From Clostridia bacterium (GTDB lineage Bacteria; Bacillota; Clostridia; Oscillospirales; CAG-272), in assembly GCA_017517035.1 (NCBI GenBank), contig JAFXAN010000121.1, forward strand, positions 95,619 through 159,618: DNA of 64,000 nt. Direction: 5' to 3'. The notes under the pieces were generated by a model that made no database searches, was not told the DNA's origin, and worked only from the letters and a program-made list of their open reading frames with translations. The stretch's first letter is position 1. Every line of letters starts with the position of its first letter. Below are positions 54,801 to 63,306 of the stretch, piece after piece. The translations under genes and the position numbers were made by a program.

Positions 54801-56758
54801 ACTGTCTTAAGTGCTGTGCAATCATAGAATGCACGGGCACGAATTCCCTGATTTGATGCTGTTCCGAGAGAAGCAGGCAAAACAATTGATTCCAAAGCAT
54901 AGCACTGCTGGAATACACCTGTTTGAACCATCGAAATTCCCTCGGGAAGAGTTAAGGTTTTAAGTGCATAATTCTTATAGAATTCTTGACCGTAAAGACC
55001 TGTCATCTTCGCATCGCTTGCGAAAATATAGTTTTCTACAGCTTCGCAGTTTGCAAAGAGATAGTTTTTCTGAGCGAATGTTTTAACCGTGCTGAGGTTA
55101 AAAGTTCCCTCTATGGGAGTTTGACCTCTTGAATAAACAGTTTTGAGTGCCGCACAGCCCTTGAAGGGTGCACCCTCAAATTTACTGACGGTTGAAGGCA
55201 TCTCAACAACGGTAACCTTATTCATTCCCACAAATGTACCGCCGTTAAACTCTGTTATGCCTTCTCCAACAACAATTTTTGTGAAGGAAGAAGCAGAAAG
55301 TCCGCTCTTCGCTACCCACGGATGCTTTCCCGATGCGCTTAAATTGTTACTTAAATCGTTTGCATATCCGTACTGGTGCATATATTTATCACCGTGTATA
55401 TATGTGAAGCCATAAACAACCGTATTACCCTTATAAGCTCCCTCCGGATATGCTGCCGCATAGCCTTCATCATCTATTGAAAGATAAAGAGCATATCCTG
55501 TGCCATCAGGATAAACCTCCCATTTGATATTTGTGGGAGTATGTGTTGAATAATCACCGGTACAAGTAGTCTCGGTATCTGTATGACCTTCAGCACCGTT
55601 TACAACATAACCGCTTGAAACAAGTCCCTCTGTGGGCTTGAGCGTCATGAGGCTTGCAAAGCCGTATTCAAAAGCAAATTCAGCGAGCTTTGAGCCTACA
55701 GGCGCAACGATCTCGGAAAGCGCTGTGCAGGTTGCAAAGGAATTGAGCGCATATGTTTTTCCCTCTGCCAAAACTGTACTTGAGAGGATATCATCCTTTG
55801 TTTTTGCATCCGGATCATAATAAATTGTTGCATCGCTTTTGAATGTAACGGATCTGAGCGATGTGCAGTTTATAAATGAACTGGAATTAACGCTATTAAG
55901 AGATTTTGGGAATATTACAGATTCAAGAGCTTTACAATCGTTAAATGCAGTTCTCTGAATCAGAGATATTCCTTCGGGAAGAGCGATAGACTTAAGCGAA
56001 GAATTCATATAGAATTCATAAGAATAAAGTCCGCTCATTTTTGCATCACCTGCAAAAACATATTCCTTTACCGAACGACAATTTGCAAAAAGATAGTTTT
56101 TCTGCGCAAAGGTCTTTACGGTGCTGAGGTTAAATGTTCCTTCTATGGGCGTCTGACCTCTTGAATATACGGTTGCAAGTGAAGTACAATCCTTGAAAGG
56201 AGCACCGTTAATTTTAACAAGGCTTGCGGGCATTTCAATTACTGTAACCTTATTCATTCCAACAAATGCACCGCCGTTCAGCTCTGTTATACCGTCACCG
56301 ATAACGATCTTTGTGAATTTCGAGGTTGCAACACCGCTTTTCTTTACCCAAGGGTGTTTCTCGGCAGAACCGTAAGCAGAAGCATATCCGTAATGGTGCA
56401 TCTGTGTCTGACCGTGTGTATAAGTGAAGCCGTAAACAACGGTGTTGCCCTTATAAGATCCGCTCGGGTATGCTGCCGCATAGCCTTCATCATCAATTGA
56501 AAGATAAAGAGCATAGCCGCTTCCGTCCGGATATATCTCCCATTTGATATTTGTGGGAGTGTGGGTAGTGTAATCACCGGTACAAGCAGCCTCGTCGGTA
56601 CCTGTATGACCCTCCGCTCCGTTTACAACATAGCCGCTGTCAACAAGGCCTTCTGTGGGCTTTTCAGCCCAAAGCGTGTCCTCTGCCGAAGCACTTATTG
56701 CAAGTACCGATATCAGCAAAAGCACAAAAAACAAGGAAAACAGTGTCTTGAGTTTCAT
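51848..56758 (-). CDS. giant secreted protein: signal peptide, 2x N-terminal ~340-aa module with BspA-type LRR_5 repeats, further LRR_5, beta-rich middle domain, C-terminal calcineurin-like metallophosphoesterase
   Basis: The start MKLKTLFSLFFVLLLISVLAISASA at 56758 is preferred over 56821. LRR_5 units are of the form GITELNGGAFVG...FKDCTSL. The MPE motifs are all present: TDTH, LGDPY, VGNHDSN, FAGHQM, GGHWH. Confidence 0.8.
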   Translation of the reverse strand: MKLKTLFSLFFVLLLISVLAISASAEDTLWAEKPTEGLVDSGYVVNGAEGHTGTDEAACTGDYTTHTPTNIKWEIYPDGSGYALYLSIDDEGYAAAYPSGSYKGNTVVYGFTYTHGQTQMHHYGYASAYGSAEKHPWVKKSGVATSKFTKIVIGDGITELNGGAFVGMNKVTVIEMPASLVKINGAPFKDCTSLATVYSRGQTPIEGTFNLSTVKTFAQKNYLFANCRSVKEYVFAGDAKMSGLYSYEFYMNSSLKSIALPEGISLIQRTAFNDCKALESVIFPKSLNSVNSSSFINCTSLRSVTFKSDATIYYDPDAKTKDDILSSTVLAEGKTYALNSFATCTALSEIVAPVGSKLAEFAFEYGFASLMTLKPTEGLVSSGYVVNGAEGHTDTETTCTGDYSTHTPTNIKWEVYPDGTGYALYLSIDDEGYAAAYPEGAYKGNTVVYGFTYIHGDKYMHQYGYANDLSNNLSASGKHPWVAKSGLSASSFTKIVVGEGITEFNGGTFVGMNKVTVVEMPSTVSKFEGAPFKGCAALKTVYSRGQTPIEGTFNLSTVKTFAQKNYLFANCEAVENYIFASDAKMTGLYGQEFYKNYALKTLTLPEGISMVQTGVFQQCYALESIVLPASLGTASNQGIRARAFYDCTALKTVTFNSNSPIIYAATAETKADIIAKHTDNAFWNCTSLETINAPIGSTAHAFATKFGFNTSHTVELYNGDTLACIMTYHPESKKITIDGVNAGSWEWKMSIAEVSTFMNAYKDKTEHIVFTGIFRKIIPGDAFVGAENLISVCFPKNARVLDYSECRAFANCTSLTTVYFGDEADMKMGVVDFSGMNCNRDDSPTVFAKRLFENCGEITTVILPKLDNTTHSNETTQNTPTIYATTFAGCSKLAYLEIPETFEVIADGAFKDCTALKTINYYAPAELIKSTTFDGSNSGLIIKCQSYADAEAINAALAEGGVAASSVTAFYKSGMSIAGYQVRTSGYNGLRTVFSFYKNAYSNYELVECGSIVATAANFAKYAESFGEENSLLKLEGGEFVTPASNVIKTPIYSGGEFVNNYVKTDGGFRFSVTVTRFEGEAQYKSEIVNCGYEIWEKEDGTYLVVFEREKEAGYESNSLYKTTLGMLCGGAVILEKGNNPLYNVLMDCTYNTFAPAEKVEGYLFADPLYGGKNVAVYLTDSASEIELEESGFSASDADNVSRVVCGKNIKFTLPEIDSYWLEHINEKLGDIPEGKSFIAYTDTHFQSSGTRNTRKSASLIKYVKMLTGIDTVINLGDPYSGEPTLEKSKELLDISMGDYFYDIFGEDGLFTVGNHDSNITTWTTLDNGDVDEGVDGYYATDYLVPDSYIYDVTVKNIANKKNVVFDEAMLSLVDSLDFSAAGSEDSNYGVTYTPEQMKEEFIAWAKMHYYYDDEENGIRYIVINTGSCSLTEYYTLGHTMWNNVLPTQYDFIYNALNSVPCDKNGEYYDVVFAGHQMASNTENSLAQEKIYKILSAFKGGYSVEMTVTHGNKNMQTLIGNANKAYDFSEIGYDGTIFTIGGHWHLDLSTYYGTDETYKGSVTYNYGDAVAEDAIFFIGVNNDCIETYSSTDVSMTRGDYTENCFSVITITPDGEIVLTRFGAGADRKFSYSNIIE

Positions 56759-56830
56759 TTTTTTGAACCCCTTTCTGAATTTTGTTTTGTATTTGTGAAG
56801 TATTCGCGTAAACTCCACCATTGCATTTTA

Positions 56831-56859
56831 ATTATACACATTTCAAATTTGATTTTCAA
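56831..56859 (-). promoter_or_regulatory. promoter of giant gene 51848-56758
   Basis: On the reverse strand: TTGAAA (56854-56859), 17-nt spacer, TGTATAAT (TATAAT at 56831-56836). Confidence 0.55.
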
Positions 56860-56990
56860 GTATTTGAAAGGCAAAAAAACATGGCTTTTTAATATTTTGA
56901 CCTAAATTTTAGTGATTTTTTATATTTAATTGTAGATTATTTCATAAGAAGAAAGAGACTGATTAATAATTCCGACACCTCATGCTACCT

Positions 56991-57029
56991 AAAAAAATCG
57001 GGACTGAGTCAAAATCAAGACTCAGTCCC
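56991..57029 (-). terminator. rho-independent terminator after giant gene 2
   Basis: GGGACTGAGTC / GACTCAGTCCC stem followed by a T-run on the reverse strand. The stem sequence is related to the terminator at 51811-51841. Confidence 0.7.
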
Positions 57030-57044
57030 TAAAAATATTTAATT

Positions 57045-60000
57045 TTATTTGATGTTCACTGCATCAAAGCCATTTCCGCTGACATCTTTCATTTCAGACA
57101 TTTTTCTGTCCGAAAGATCATAGCAGAACATGGGATCATCACCGCCAAAATTCTGATAATCAGCAGCTATCTGCTCTGCACTTCTTGCATAGCTATATGC
57201 AGCCGCATATCTGATTCTGCCTTTGAAATATTGTGCGTTTCCACTTCTGTTATCGCCACCGATTATGAGATTGGAAACTTCAAAACCATATGAAACCGGA
57301 GCATTCTCGATGGTTTGTGCAAGCTCACCGTTTATATAGCATTTCAGAGTTGCGGTTCTGGCTGTGGTATCAATATTTTCAACAGTTATCGCAACATGAA
57401 CAAGTTCGTCACTTCTGATATCTACATTGCTGAAAAGATTATTTTTGCCATTAATATAGAAGCGAGGAACACCGTTTGATTCGATTTCGAAATTAAAATG
57501 ATTATCTACACTATAATTTCCGAAAACAACGCCTGACCTGCCTGTGATGCTTGTGGGAACATTGATTACTGCCTCAAGAGTTTTTGGCCATGTGGAAATA
57601 GTTTCCGAAACCTTGTAATTGTCTGATGCAGTAAATGTCCATCCATCCTCATAATCTCCGAGCTTATATGTCTTCTGCTTATTACCGTCATTCGCTCCGA
57701 TTCTTGTTGCAACGAGAGTATTATCGTCGGTAAAAGTGAAGATCGTGAAGCAATGCTCTGTAATAGTTCCCTTCTTCATAGACTCGGAATCAGCTTCCAC
57801 ATCGCTCTTGCTCTCAGCATAATTATCCTGATTGAGAAGGATAAGCTGAATTGCGTTGTCGCTGAGATTGTTCTCTACCTCACCATAAGGAACGCTCATA
57901 TAATATTTGCCGTCCTTTGTCTGGGAAACGAGGTCAAGGTCAATATGACGGTGACCTGTGATGCAGACAACTTCGCCTGTAAATTCTCTGTTCGAGAAAT
58001 CATAGCTGAGAGTTCTGGAGCTTGCGCCGTTTTCACAGCCGAAAAGCTTGCCCGAGAAAGCGTTATTTCCGCTTGCACTGAAGCTTACAGAAGTTCCTCC
58101 CTCAAATGCGCTGAGCATCTTGAAAAGCGAAGAATTATAGCTCTCGTTTGCAACGCTCTTGTCATAGAACATATGTCCTGCAACAACAACATCGTAATCC
58201 GAATACTTCTCGGAGATCTCATTCAGCATAGTATTAAGGAACTCATACTGTGAAGGATGGAATTTCCAAAGCTCACGGTTGAGAATTGCAAAGTCTGTAA
58301 CTGTAAGTCCGCCTGTATTGAGTACGATATAGCAGATCTTGCTCTCATGGTCGTAATATGCATAGTGCATCTTTGCCCAGCAAACGAGGTTGTCATACAT
58401 CTCCTCGGCAGTATAGCTTACATCACCGAACATATTATTGAAGCTTGCTGCATCCTCTGCCGCAACATTATCGAGAACAAATTCCTTGATCTCACTCTTA
58501 TTTGCCTCGATTATAGCAAGAAGAGCCTCATCATATACGACATTTTCGTTCTTCTTTCCGCCATCTTCAACATATATAAAGGAACGATCATATATCTCTC
58601 TGTCGGAAAGGAGCAGATCCATTTTATAGGTATTAGCGTTATCATCACCCGAGGTTCTTGCCTTTGTGAGGTTTGAATCATGGTTACCGACAGCAAACAT
58701 TCCGTCCTCGCCAAAGTAATCAAAGAACTTGGTCTCCATTGAAAGCTCAAGGTTGCTGAGTGCGATATCATGAGTAGCTCCGTCATGATAAGGGTCACCA
58801 AGGTTAACTACCTTTTTGATTCCCGTCATCCGGCGGACATATTCCATAAGGTCTGCGCTCTTACCCGCATTTGACGGATAGTGTGTATCTGTGATTGCGA
58901 TAAAGGAGCGTCCCTCGGGAAGAGTTGCAAGCTGAGCATCAATATGCTCTCTCCAATAATCATCAATCTGCGGAATTGCAGAGCAAATAATATTTCCGTC
59001 AAAGATATAGTCTGCAATAAGACCAATATAACCTGTGGGAATGCCAAGAGAAGGAATATCAATTTCGCCATCTAATGTAGTCGTATAAACAGCGATCTTC
59101 TTTCCGTCCTTCAGATGGTGGTCGATAAGGTATGCTTCAACACCCTCCATGCCAACATCCATTGTAACCTTTTCGGAAGCATTAACTACATCATAAACAG
59201 GACCGCTTGTGCCAAGCTTGATGACGCTGTCGATAAGCATTCCGAGAGTTACTTTTCTGAGAGATACTTTCTTATAATCTTCATTATCTACCTTGGTATA
59301 AATTGCGAGATAATTGCCTTCGGAATCCTTCCAGATCTCATAACCTGTCATAATAATGTCCGAATTATAATTAGCCTCGGCAAAATTGGTGACTGTGACT
59401 GTAAATGTAACCGAACCGTCCTCATTTACTGTCTTTTTGGTTGCAAGCTCGCCCGTATAGCCCTCTGCCATATAAAGTGCCTTTTTAACTATCTTATTCG
59501 GAGTCTTAAATTCTGTTCCGTCGAGAGTGATGATAGAATTATCGCCACCGAAATCCTCGGTATAGCTTGAATAGTTATTTACCTCACCGCAAATCGAGCC
59601 GTATTCTACGAGAGTAAGTCCGTCGATATTAAGATTTGTCTCTCCTGCGAAGGTATAGAAGGAACGAAGTCCGTTATAGTCGCTGATTCTGACACCAAAG
59701 CCGCCATGAACCATACCTGCAACCATTGCCTCATCAATGGTAACGCCTGAAGCGGTCATAGAAGTGACCATAGCAACGATCTTTTCTGCAGAATCGGTTC
59801 TGATTATAATACCGCCGCAGCCGTCAAATGCATTTGTGATTGCAGCATCGCCCGCATAATAGATATCTCCCTTAAGTGCCGAGCAGTTCTTAAATGCGCT
59901 TGCCATAATTCCGCCGGCTTCAGAGATCTCCAACTCTTTAAGTGATGTGCATCCCTCAAACATTGATTTTCCTATTATGGTAGGAACGATCGTTGCAGCT

Positions 60001-63000
60001 GTATCGCCTGTATTGTAGGTAACACCGTCAAGAATTACCTTTTCTATGCCACGGCAGCCATAGAACATATTTTTTGAATAAATAGATGTGTTTATGCTCT
60101 CAAGGGAGAAGCCGCTGAGATTTACAACGCCTATCTTAAATGTCTTCGATGTGCCGAAGGTTGAAAGCTTTTCACAGCCATAGAACATTCCGACACTGTC
60201 CCCTGTTGCACCGGTACTCATCATTCTCGTTGTATCCCACTTGACAGTTTCAAGATTGGGAAGATTTGAGAAGGGATACTGAAGATCCGCATCCTGATAT
60301 TTGGAGAACTCGGGAACAACGATATGCTTGATATCCTCTCTCCAATCATTCAGCCAATTCAAAAAATCGGTTTTACTCTTATTGAAGTGAAGCTCGCACC
60401 AGCCGCTCTTAAGTCTTGTAAAGGTAAGCGTGCCGGTCTTGAGGTCAAGTACCCAGCTATAATTGCCGCTCACCGTATCAGTTCCGCTGAGAGTGAGCAA
60501 AGGATTCTCCGCAGTGGGAATATAAGTAATTTCACCGATAGTAAATTTATAACCATCATCACGGCTGTCTGTTCCCGCCGCAACATCCTTAAGCCAATTA
60601 TCCATAGGCGAATCCTCAAACACCTCAAAATTGACTGTTGTAGATGTGGAGAACCATCTTACAATCTTATTAGGCAATGTTCCGCTGCTTGCTTTAAGAG
60701 TAATAGTAAGTCCCTTTGCAGCATCTTCAAAGAGCTGATTATTGAAGCTCTTTGTATATCTCAGGTCATAAACATTTTCCTCTGCCGATTCCTCTGAATA
60801 AGCAATAGTAGAAAGCTTGCCACAACCGCCAAAAATATTATATGCGCTGAGATTTGTAACACTTTGCGGCATAATAATTGTAGTACAGTTGGGAAGATAA
60901 GCAAAAACATACTGCTGAATAGCTGTGATGCCTGTATCTTCTTCGATAACTACCTTCTTGATCTGTGAACGGTAATCATACCAAGGGGAATTCTTCTGAT
61001 CCTCAGTGCCCCAGTTTACAGGAGTTGTAAAACCGAGGGTTGTGGAATCGGAAGTACCGCTGATGGTAAGAAGTCCGCTTTCTTCACTAAATTCCCAAAC
61101 ATATCCTGAAAGATCATCCTTGCAGTTTCCTGTTATGCCGTAATATTTAAGCTCAACATTTATTGTGTTAGTTTTGTCTATACCGCCCAGATTCTCCGCA
61201 TCGGGATCATACTTCTGCTGTCTCGCAACATATGCGGAAAGAATGGTTTCGGCACCTGTTCCGGGGTAAACTCTGAAAATTACCTTTGTGGTCATGGTTG
61301 ACGAAGGAGTAGCATTTGAGCCATGAGAGTTAAACCAGTTCCATGAATCGGTTGCCTTAGGAAGCGAATTTGTATTTTCTCCAAACCAAACCTCAATCGG
61401 TGTTGTTACCTTGGCAGCCGAAGCAGCACCCGCAAAGGCATGGCCATTAACAGACACAATATTTCTGAGGTCATAAATACCCTCACCTGCATCTGTTTTA
61501 CCATGAACGGAAATAGTTTTAAGCGAACTTGCTGTTGACAGCACCGAAGTTCCGAGTGTTGTAACAGTCGAAGGAATAACAAGCTCTGTCATAAAGGACA
61601 GATAGCCAAGTGAATATATTCCGAGAGATGTGATTCCTGTGGATTCTTCAATTATGACCTTTTTAATCTCAATCCCGTTAATCTTTCCTTTACTATCCTT
61701 ATACCACGGAATTTGTGAAAAACTGTTGGCTGACAAATCATCGTAGCCTGAAGTATATTGGAAGGTAGTGTTTCCGTTTGCGCCTGTTCCGCCGATGATG
61801 AGAGTGCCGGTTGAATAGAGAGACCAAGTCCATGTTGCATTTGGATACTTGTCATTTTCAAAGCTTCCGCTATATTCAACCTTACCCTTATATTCTACAG
61901 CCTCGAAGCCGTATTTTACTGCAAACTCATAAGGCTTTGAGCCTACAGGTGCTTCAATGGTTGTAAGTGCGGTACAGCCCGCAAAGGAATTGAGGTTATA
62001 ATTATTATCAGATGTCTTAACATCAAGGGAAATGACACCCGCCTTGTCGGTTGCACTTGTGTCATAGCTGATGGTGGCATCGCTCTTGAAGGTGATCTTT
62101 TCAAGTGCAGTAGCGTTTTTGAGCGCCTGATGATAAATCTTTGTCAGCGTTGTGGGGAAAATAACCTCTTTAAGAGATGTGCAGCTTGTTAAAGAATCAA
62201 CATTAAGCTGAGCAACGCCCTCGGGAATAGTTAGCGACTCGAGTGCAGTGTTGCCAAGGAAGCATGCCCAGCTGAGATTGTTCATCTTGGTATTCTCGCC
62301 AAAGATATATTGTTTTACCGATGCGCAAGCCGAGAAAGTATAGTTTGTTGTTGTAATTGTTGTGAGATTACTGAGGTTGACAGTGCCGAGGACAGGCTCC
62401 TGACCTCTTGTATAAACGGTTGTCAGTTTGGAACAGCCCTTTAAAACAGCACCGTTGAATTTCACAAGCGATGTGGGCATTTCAATGGTAGTAACACCAC
62501 TCATTCCCACAAAAGTACCGTTTCTGCACTCTGTAATTCCGTCACCGATAACAATTTTCTTAAAATAACTTGCACTGATGCCGGTAAGCGATGTCCAGGA
62601 ATGTTTAGTACCGTAACCGCTGCCGCTCCAGCCGTAGCCGTGGGCTTTGTCGTTGTCCTTATCTGCATAGGCATAAAGAACAGTATTGCCCTTATATTTG
62701 CCCTCCGGATATGCTGCGGCATAGGCTTCATCGTCGATGAAAAGATATAGCGCGTATGCGTTTGTGCCCTCACTATATACTTCCCATCTTACATTGGTGG
62801 GAGTGTGAGTTGCACAGGTTCCTGTACACGCTGCATATTCACCCGTGTGACCTTCGAGACCGTTCACAACGAAACCGCTGTGAAGAGGCTCTGTGCTCGG
62901 CTTATCAGCCCAGAGATTGCCTTCGGCAGCAAAAATGCTTACCGCAAGAACCATCGAAAGCATAAGAACAAGCACAAAAGTAAATAGCGTTTTGATTCTC

Positions 63001-63002
63001 AT
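57045..63002 (-). CDS. giant secreted paralog: signal peptide, N-terminal module, multiple LRR_5 blocks, beta-rich middle domain, metallophosphoesterase, C-terminal LamG/concanavalin-like domain
   Basis: The start MRIKTLFTFVLVLMLSMVLAVSIFA at 63002 follows AAAGGAA. MPE motifs are TDTH, LGDPY, VGNHDSN, VAGHMF, TGHRH. The C-terminal ~190 aa (...VHVAITV...LKCYINGEL...LIIGGDNR...FKGRIRYAAAY) fits the Laminin_G_3 pattern. Confidence 0.8.
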   Translation of the reverse strand: MRIKTLFTFVLVLMLSMVLAVSIFAAEGNLWADKPSTEPLHSGFVVNGLEGHTGEYAACTGTCATHTPTNVRWEVYSEGTNAYALYLFIDDEAYAAAYPEGKYKGNTVLYAYADKDNDKAHGYGWSGSGYGTKHSWTSLTGISASYFKKIVIGDGITECRNGTFVGMSGVTTIEMPTSLVKFNGAVLKGCSKLTTVYTRGQEPVLGTVNLSNLTTITTTNYTFSACASVKQYIFGENTKMNNLSWACFLGNTALESLTIPEGVAQLNVDSLTSCTSLKEVIFPTTLTKIYHQALKNATALEKITFKSDATISYDTSATDKAGVISLDVKTSDNNYNLNSFAGCTALTTIEAPVGSKPYEFAVKYGFEAVEYKGKVEYSGSFENDKYPNATWTWSLYSTGTLIIGGTGANGNTTFQYTSGYDDLSANSFSQIPWYKDSKGKINGIEIKKVIIEESTGITSLGIYSLGYLSFMTELVIPSTVTTLGTSVLSTASSLKTISVHGKTDAGEGIYDLRNIVSVNGHAFAGAASAAKVTTPIEVWFGENTNSLPKATDSWNWFNSHGSNATPSSTMTTKVIFRVYPGTGAETILSAYVARQQKYDPDAENLGGIDKTNTINVELKYYGITGNCKDDLSGYVWEFSEESGLLTISGTSDSTTLGFTTPVNWGTEDQKNSPWYDYRSQIKKVVIEEDTGITAIQQYVFAYLPNCTTIIMPQSVTNLSAYNIFGGCGKLSTIAYSEESAEENVYDLRYTKSFNNQLFEDAAKGLTITLKASSGTLPNKIVRWFSTSTTVNFEVFEDSPMDNWLKDVAAGTDSRDDGYKFTIGEITYIPTAENPLLTLSGTDTVSGNYSWVLDLKTGTLTFTRLKSGWCELHFNKSKTDFLNWLNDWREDIKHIVVPEFSKYQDADLQYPFSNLPNLETVKWDTTRMMSTGATGDSVGMFYGCEKLSTFGTSKTFKIGVVNLSGFSLESINTSIYSKNMFYGCRGIEKVILDGVTYNTGDTAATIVPTIIGKSMFEGCTSLKELEISEAGGIMASAFKNCSALKGDIYYAGDAAITNAFDGCGGIIIRTDSAEKIVAMVTSMTASGVTIDEAMVAGMVHGGFGVRISDYNGLRSFYTFAGETNLNIDGLTLVEYGSICGEVNNYSSYTEDFGGDNSIITLDGTEFKTPNKIVKKALYMAEGYTGELATKKTVNEDGSVTFTVTVTNFAEANYNSDIIMTGYEIWKDSEGNYLAIYTKVDNEDYKKVSLRKVTLGMLIDSVIKLGTSGPVYDVVNASEKVTMDVGMEGVEAYLIDHHLKDGKKIAVYTTTLDGEIDIPSLGIPTGYIGLIADYIFDGNIICSAIPQIDDYWREHIDAQLATLPEGRSFIAITDTHYPSNAGKSADLMEYVRRMTGIKKVVNLGDPYHDGATHDIALSNLELSMETKFFDYFGEDGMFAVGNHDSNLTKARTSGDDNANTYKMDLLLSDREIYDRSFIYVEDGGKKNENVVYDEALLAIIEANKSEIKEFVLDNVAAEDAASFNNMFGDVSYTAEEMYDNLVCWAKMHYAYYDHESKICYIVLNTGGLTVTDFAILNRELWKFHPSQYEFLNTMLNEISEKYSDYDVVVAGHMFYDKSVANESYNSSLFKMLSAFEGGTSVSFSASGNNAFSGKLFGCENGASSRTLSYDFSNREFTGEVVCITGHRHIDLDLVSQTKDGKYYMSVPYGEVENNLSDNAIQLILLNQDNYAESKSDVEADSESMKKGTITEHCFTIFTFTDDNTLVATRIGANDGNKQKTYKLGDYEDGWTFTASDNYKVSETISTWPKTLEAVINVPTSITGRSGVVFGNYSVDNHFNFEIESNGVPRFYINGKNNLFSNVDIRSDELVHVAITVENIDTTARTATLKCYINGELAQTIENAPVSYGFEVSNLIIGGDNRSGNAQYFKGRIRYAAAYSYARSAEQIAADYQNFGGDDPMFCYDLSDRKMSEMKDVSGNGFDAVNIK

Positions 63003-63055
63003 AAATTTATTTCCTTTCATTTATTTTTGGGCGAAACACCCGATTTACAAATATA

Positions 63056-63084
63056 ATTATACACATTATAAATCACAAATTCAA
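63056..63084 (-). promoter_or_regulatory. promoter of giant gene 57045-63002
   Basis: On the reverse strand: TTGAAT (63079-63084), 17-nt spacer, TGTATAAT (TATAAT at 63056-63061). It has the same ATGTGTATAATT -10 context as the paralog. Confidence 0.55.
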
Positions 63085-63250
63085 TCACTTTTGCTTGTAA
63101 AACGTGCAAAAATGCTACTATTTCTTGTGGTCTACAATTTTATTATAACAGTTTTTCATATTATTTCCACACTTTATGACAGTGTTTCTTTACACAATAT
63201 CAGTTTTGGTGATTTTTAATATATATTGTCAGCATTATCGCATTATTCTC

Positions 63251-63279
63251 TTGCATTTTTTTAATGTCTATGATATACT
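63251..63279 (+). promoter_or_regulatory. promoter of radA
   Basis: TTGCAT (63251-63256), 17-nt spacer, TATACT (63274-63279). Confidence 0.45.
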
Positions 63280-63306
63280 AATAAAAAAGCCACAAAGAGG
63301 TAAAAA

